DNA of 64,000 nucleotides, from the NCBI GenBank assembly GCA_963771175.1, contig CAVYSY010000046.1:96001-160000 (forward strand). The letters run 5' to 3'. This document shows, piece after piece, positions 59,805 to 64,000 of this stretch. The notes beneath the pieces were generated by a model that was not told the origin of the DNA, made no database searches, and worked only from the letters and a program-made list of their open reading frames with translations. Made by a program: the position numbers and the translations under genes. Position 1 is the first letter of the stretch; every line of letters begins with the position of its first letter. Origin of the DNA: an uncultured delta proteobacterium. GTDB taxonomy: Bacteria > Myxococcota > Myxococcia > Myxococcales > Myxococcaceae.

Positions 59805-60728
59805 TTACTTGGCGTTCTTGTAGATGTTCATCACATCTTTCAGCAGCTTCACTGACTCATCGTGCGGCCGCTGGAAGGCATTGCGGCCCATGATGGAGCC
59901 GAAACCGCCGCCCGCGGCGATCTGACGGATCTCCTCGAGCAGGTCCTCGGTCTTCTTGGACTCGCCGCCCGAGAAGATGACGATGCGCTTTCCGTTGAAG
60001 GCGGACTTCACGACATCGCGAATGCGATCCGCCAGGGTCTTGGTGGGGATGTTGAACTGCTCGTAGACCTTCTTGGCCTCGGGCTGCTCGAGGAAGTCCG
60101 AGGGCGGCTTGACCTTGATGATGTGGGCGCCGAGCTGGGCGCTGATCTGCGCCGCGTAGGAGATGACGTCGATGGCCGTCTCTCCCTGCTTGGACATGTT
60201 GCCGCGCGCGTAGGCCCACAGCACGGTGGGCAGGCCGTAATCCTTGGCCTCGGCGATGATGTCCCGGAGGTCCTCGTACATGGGGTTGCGGGCCCCGGAG
60301 CCCGGGTAGATGGTGTAGCCCACGGCGGCGCAGCCCAGGCGCACGGCGTCCCGCACCGACGAGGTGACGGCGGACATCGGGTGGTCGGGCTTGGCCAGCG
60401 TGTCCGAGTTGTTCAGCTTGAGGATCAGCGGGATCTCTCCGGCGTACTTGCCGGCCACGGCCTCCAGGAAGCCCAGGGGCGCCGCGTAGGCGTTGCAGCC
60501 CGAATCGATGGCGAGCTGGATGTGATAGTCCGGATCATAGCCAGCGGGGTTCGGAGCGAAGGAACGCGCCGGCCCGTGCTCGAAGCCCTGATCCACCGGG
60601 AGGATCACCAGCTTGCCGGTGCCGGCGAGCGTGCCGGTGTTGAGCAGGCGGGCCAGGTTGGTGAGCGTGCCCGGATTGTCGGACGGGTACCACGAGAGGA
60701 TCTGCTTGACGCGGTCGCTATACGCCAT
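59805..60728 (-). CDS. fbaB: Class I fructose-bisphosphate aldolase (DhnA/FbaB type)
   Basis: LAGTGKLVILPVDQGFEHGP, AVGYTIYPGS, LWAYAR, LGAHIIKVK, GSIMGRNAFQR. Confidence 0.93.
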   Translation of the reverse strand: MAYSDRVKQILSWYPSDNPGTLTNLARLLNTGTLAGTGKLVILPVDQGFEHGPARSFAPNPAGYDPDYHIQLAIDSGCNAYAAPLGFLEAVAGKYAGEIPLILKLNNSDTLAKPDHPMSAVTSSVRDAVRLGCAAVGYTIYPGSGARNPMYEDLRDIIAEAKDYGLPTVLWAYARGNMSKQGETAIDVISYAAQISAQLGAHIIKVKPPSDFLEQPEAKKVYEQFNIPTKTLADRIRDVVKSAFNGKRIVIFSGGESKKTEDLLEEIRQIAAGGGFGSIMGRNAFQRPHDESVKLLKDVMNIYKNAK

Positions 60729-60943
60729 ACGGCTCCTTGGGTTGGGGGCGGGTGGCCCTCTGAAACAAAGACTCGACGGTCGCGGATATTGCCCACCGAG
60801 CGTCTCTCCACCAAGCAGATCATTTGACTCATCGTCACGGTGCGAACGCTCGGGATGCACGATCCCGATGACGGATGCGTGACGAAAGTGGATGCTGCGC
60901 CGCTGCGAGATCCCCGATGTCGCGGGGCCTCCGGGAGAGGCGA

Positions 60944-62539
60944 GTGGTGAAGCGCAGAGAGTCGCAACGAGTCGTGGCAGTGGGGTGGGTGCTCGTCGCC
61001 ACGCTGGCGGGAGCGCAGATCGCGCCAGCGCCGACGCCGGCGCCCTCGGTACCGACGCCCGGGGTGCCCACGCCCTCTCCGGCCTCACAGGCGGCACCCC
61101 AGGCCACGCCGCAGGCTCCCGCCGGGGAACAGGGCGCGCAGCCGGTTCCAGACGTGGCGCCGCAGGTGGGCGAGACGGCGGAGCAGGCGGTGCCCGAGCA
61201 GGTGCCCCCCAACGCGCCCGGCGCGGTGCAGCGGGAGCCGCTGACGCTGGAGCAGCTCGTCCAGCGCGCGCGCAAGCAGGACGCGCGGGTGGAGGAGGCC
61301 CAGGCGGAGCTGCGTCGGCTGCAGGCGCTGCTCCGTCAGGCTCGCTGGGCCTGGTTCCCCCAGTTCGAGACGCTGGTGGGCGCGGGCGGCCCGATGCCCG
61401 AGGCGCGCAATGACGGTCTGGGCGGACCGCCGACGACGGAGGCCTCGCTGGAGGGAGACCTGAAGTTCGGCCGGCTGGGTGTGACGGCCTTCATCGAGAC
61501 GAACGCGCTGCTGCCGCTCTACACCTTCGGGAAGCTGAAGGCGCTGGAGAAGGCGGCGGAGCAGGGGCCCGTCATCGGCAAGGCGCTGAAGGAGCGGGCC
61601 GAGGACGAGGCGGGATTCCAGGCGGCGCAGGCCTTCTTCGGCTACCAACTGGCGCGCTCGGGGCTGGTGCAGCTCGAGGACACGTCGAAGCGGCTGGAGG
61701 ACGCGGCGGAGCAGCTGCAGACGTTGCTGAAGGATGAGTCGCCGCAGGTGTCGAAGATGGACCTGTACAAGCTCGGCTTCTTCCGCAAGCAGCTCGACGC
61801 GCGCCGGGCCCAGGCCGAGCAGGGCAGGCAGCTCGCGCTCGCCGCCATCCGCCTGCTGGCGGGCGTTCCCCCCGAGGAGCCGGTGGAGGTGGTCGAGATG
61901 GAGCTGACGCCGGAGGGGGAGGTGAAGCCGCCGTCGCTCGACGAGGCGCTGGCGCTGGCGGAGCAGAAGCGGCCGGAGCTCGCCGGCATCTCCGCGGGCA
62001 TCGTCGCGCGCGAGAAGGAGGTCTTCATCCGCGAGCGCAGCTTCTACCCGGACCTCGGGCTCGCGGGCTTCCTGTCGCTCCGGTACACCTCGAACGCGAC
62101 GCCGCAGCGGGATCCGTTCGCCTACGATCCCTACAACCAGCGCGAGGTGGGAGTGGGGCTGGTGGCGCGGTACACCTTCGACTTCCCGGTGAAGCAGGCG
62201 CAGCTGGATCAGGCGCGGGCGGAGCTGGACAAGCTGAAGGCGCAGCAGCGGCTGCTCCAGGCGGCCATCCGTCTGGAGGTGACGAAGGTGCATGGGGAAC
62301 TGGTGGCGGCGCTGACTCGGGCCCAGGCCCTCACGCAGGCGGAGCGGGAGGCGCGGCGCTGGGCCACGGCGGCCATGGCGGCCTTCGATCTCGGCACCAC
62401 TGGGACGCGGGACGTGGTGGAGTCCTTGACGGCGTACGCCCAGTCGTCCGCCGAGCGGTCGCAGAGCTGGCACGACTTCCAGGTTGCCCAGGCGGAGCTT
62501 GCCCGGGTCACCGGCACGGCGGCCCGGGAGGGTGAATAA
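60944..62539 (+). CDS. TolC/OEP-family outer-membrane channel protein
   Basis: Signal plus Pro/Gln-rich leader, LTLEQLVQRA, WFPQF, LPLYTFGK, LDEALALAEQKRPEL, FYPDLGL, AELARVTG. Confidence 0.88.
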   Translation: MVKRRESQRVVAVGWVLVATLAGAQIAPAPTPAPSVPTPGVPTPSPASQAAPQATPQAPAGEQGAQPVPDVAPQVGETAEQAVPEQVPPNAPGAVQREPLTLEQLVQRARKQDARVEEAQAELRRLQALLRQARWAWFPQFETLVGAGGPMPEARNDGLGGPPTTEASLEGDLKFGRLGVTAFIETNALLPLYTFGKLKALEKAAEQGPVIGKALKERAEDEAGFQAAQAFFGYQLARSGLVQLEDTSKRLEDAAEQLQTLLKDESPQVSKMDLYKLGFFRKQLDARRAQAEQGRQLALAAIRLLAGVPPEEPVEVVEMELTPEGEVKPPSLDEALALAEQKRPELAGISAGIVAREKEVFIRERSFYPDLGLAGFLSLRYTSNATPQRDPFAYDPYNQREVGVGLVARYTFDFPVKQAQLDQARAELDKLKAQQRLLQAAIRLEVTKVHGELVAALTRAQALTQAEREARRWATAAMAAFDLGTTGTRDVVESLTAYAQSSAERSQSWHDFQVAQAELARVTGTAAREGE

Positions 62540-62602
62540 GTCCGGGCCGCGAACTGTCGTCTTTCCCGTCCTTCACTTTCAGAGCTTCGGAGTCACACAC
62601 AC

Positions 62603-63175
62603 ATGATTGTTTCCTTGATTGCCGCAGTAATGCTCACCGCCGCGCCGGGCCCCGTCGATGTCGTGAAGTCGGGCAACGCCGATGTGCAGAAGGCCGCCTC
62701 CGCGCCTGGAGCCAAGGTGGAGCAGCTCTCCAAGGTGGTGGAGCACTTCGTCGACTTTGGTGAGCTGTCCAAGCGGGCGCTCGGCAAGCAGTGGGACAAG
62801 CTGACGGCCGCGCAGCGCAAGGACTTCACCGCCACCATGGAGGGCCTGCTGCGCGCCTCCTACGCCCAGAAGGCCATCGGCCAGGGCAAGGCGGAGGTGC
62901 AGTACGGCAAGGAGACCCTGGAGGGCAACGAGGCCACCGTCCCCACCACCGTCAAGGTGCAGAAGGACCAGGTGCCCGTGGAGTACAAGCTCTACCGCGC
63001 GGACGGGAAGGGCGAGTGGCGCATCTACGACATCATCACCGATGACGTGTCGCTGCTGGAGACCTACCAGGGGCAGTTCCGCAAGCTGCTGGCCGACAAG
63101 GGCTTCGACGGGCTGCTGTCCACGCTGAAGACCAAGCGGGCGCAGCTCGAGAAGAGCGCCACCGCGGCGAAGTGA
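62603..63175 (+). CDS. mlaC: MlaC/Ttg2D-family periplasmic phospholipid-binding protein
   Basis: VDFGELSKRALGKQW..LT.AQRKDF, VEYKL, WRIYDI..DVSLLETYQGQF, GFDGLL. Confidence 0.88.
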   Translation: MIVSLIAAVMLTAAPGPVDVVKSGNADVQKAASAPGAKVEQLSKVVEHFVDFGELSKRALGKQWDKLTAAQRKDFTATMEGLLRASYAQKAIGQGKAEVQYGKETLEGNEATVPTTVKVQKDQVPVEYKLYRADGKGEWRIYDIITDDVSLLETYQGQFRKLLADKGFDGLLSTLKTKRAQLEKSATAAK

Positions 63176-63223
63176 CGCGGAGACGGGGAGGGTGCCTCGG
63201 AGCACCCTCCCGAGCCCCTCGGA

Positions 63224-64000
63224 CTACAGGGGCTGCTCGTAGACGCGGTAACGCTTGGAGATCTTGCCGCCCATGGACTCGATGGCGCGGTTGACGAGGT
63301 GGTTGTCCTCGAGCGTCCAGGAGATCTCCCCGCCCTCGTAGCCCAGCTCGCGCGCCGTGTTCAGGGTGTCCAGGTAGAGGATGGCGTCGAGGCCGCGGCG
63401 CCGGTAGCCCTCGACGGTGCCCAGGAGGATGAGGCGCAGGCGGCGGATGCGGCGGACGGCGAGCAGCAGCTTCGCCAGCCCGATGGGCAGGCCGAACGTG
63501 GTGAGCCGGCCGTTGGCGGCCTTGATGGCCTCGTTGGCGTCGGGAATCGTGAGCGCGAAGCCCACGGGCTGCCCCTTCACCTCGGCCACCAGCGCGAGCT
63601 CCGGCCGCACCATCTGCTTCAGATCGCGCGCCAGGTGGTCGAACTCGCCCTCCGTCATGGGCACGAAGCCCCAGTTCTTCTCCCAGGCCGAGTTGTACAT
63701 GGCCTTCACCCGGGCCACCTCGGCATCGAAGTTCTTCAGGTCCACCGGGCGCACGGTGACGCCCTCGCGCTGGCGGATCTTCTCCGCGATGCGCGCCACC
63801 TTCTCCGGCGGCGGGGTGGAGGCGGACAGCTCCCAGGCGTACAGATCCTTCGCCTTGGTGAAGCCGCACGCCTCGATGAGCGCCGGGTACCAGGTGGGGT
63901 TGTACGTCGTCATGATGGCCGGCGGGGTGGAGAACCCCTCGATGAGCGTGCCCACCTCGCCGTTGGTGGAGTAGCTCATCGGGCCGATGACGGAGGTGAA
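63224..64000 (-). CDS. GNAT-like N-acetyltransferase (YghO-like), 5'-truncated by the window edge
   Basis: GP..YSTNGE.G.LIEGF, YNP.WY, YNSAWEKNWGFVP, YRRRGLD, EISWTLEDN, KRYRVY. Confidence 0.85.
   Translation of the reverse strand, partial: FTSVIGPMSYSTNGEVGTLIEGFSTPPAIMTTYNPTWYPALIEACGFTKAKDLYAWELSASTPPPEKVARIAEKIRQREGVTVRPVDLKNFDAEVARVKAMYNSAWEKNWGFVPMTEGEFDHLARDLKQMVRPELALVAEVKGQPVGFALTIPDANEAIKAANGRLTTFGLPIGLAKLLLAVRRIRRLRLILLGTVEGYRRRGLDAILYLDTLNTARELGYEGGEISWTLEDNHLVNRAIESMGGKISKRYRVYEQPL

Overview
High-GC window that looks myxobacterial (Cystobacterineae-like codon usage and gene content; the gene order resembles, from memory, the Myxococcus dmxA-dmxB region). Mostly core chromosome: a GlgE alpha-glucan operon (glgE-treS-maltokinase-glgB), fur-tlpA-ftsB-dmxA-like cyclase, two degenerate Ser/Thr kinases, an M16 peptidase pair, mlaE-mlaF-long mlaD, psd-hisS, miaA, a dmxB-like REC-GGDEF gene, tRNA-Leu(CAA), three tandem tRNA-Ala(GGC), fbaB and tolC-mlaC. 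Many genes carry single-base indels, very dense at about 14.9-21 kb and 41.8-43.3 kb. These include essential hisS, so they are most likely consensus errors, and coordinates of those genes are approximate. The most interesting locus is a six-gene co-directional cassette between hisS and miaA (44043-49254). It encodes a soluble Ser/His-type S26-like peptidase, a PqqD/RRE protein, a lipoprotein, a 1020-aa exported Ig/FN3/beta-propeller protein, a 60-aa peptide with a YxxPxV leader motif and a two-Cys acidic core, and an HprK-like P-loop kinase. This looks like an RRE-dependent RiPP or peptide-signalling system with no lasso cyclase or radical SAM enzyme in the window. A ~90-bp intergenic repeat with a 31-bp palindromic core occurs three times. 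No database search could be run, so all family calls rest on motif recognition.
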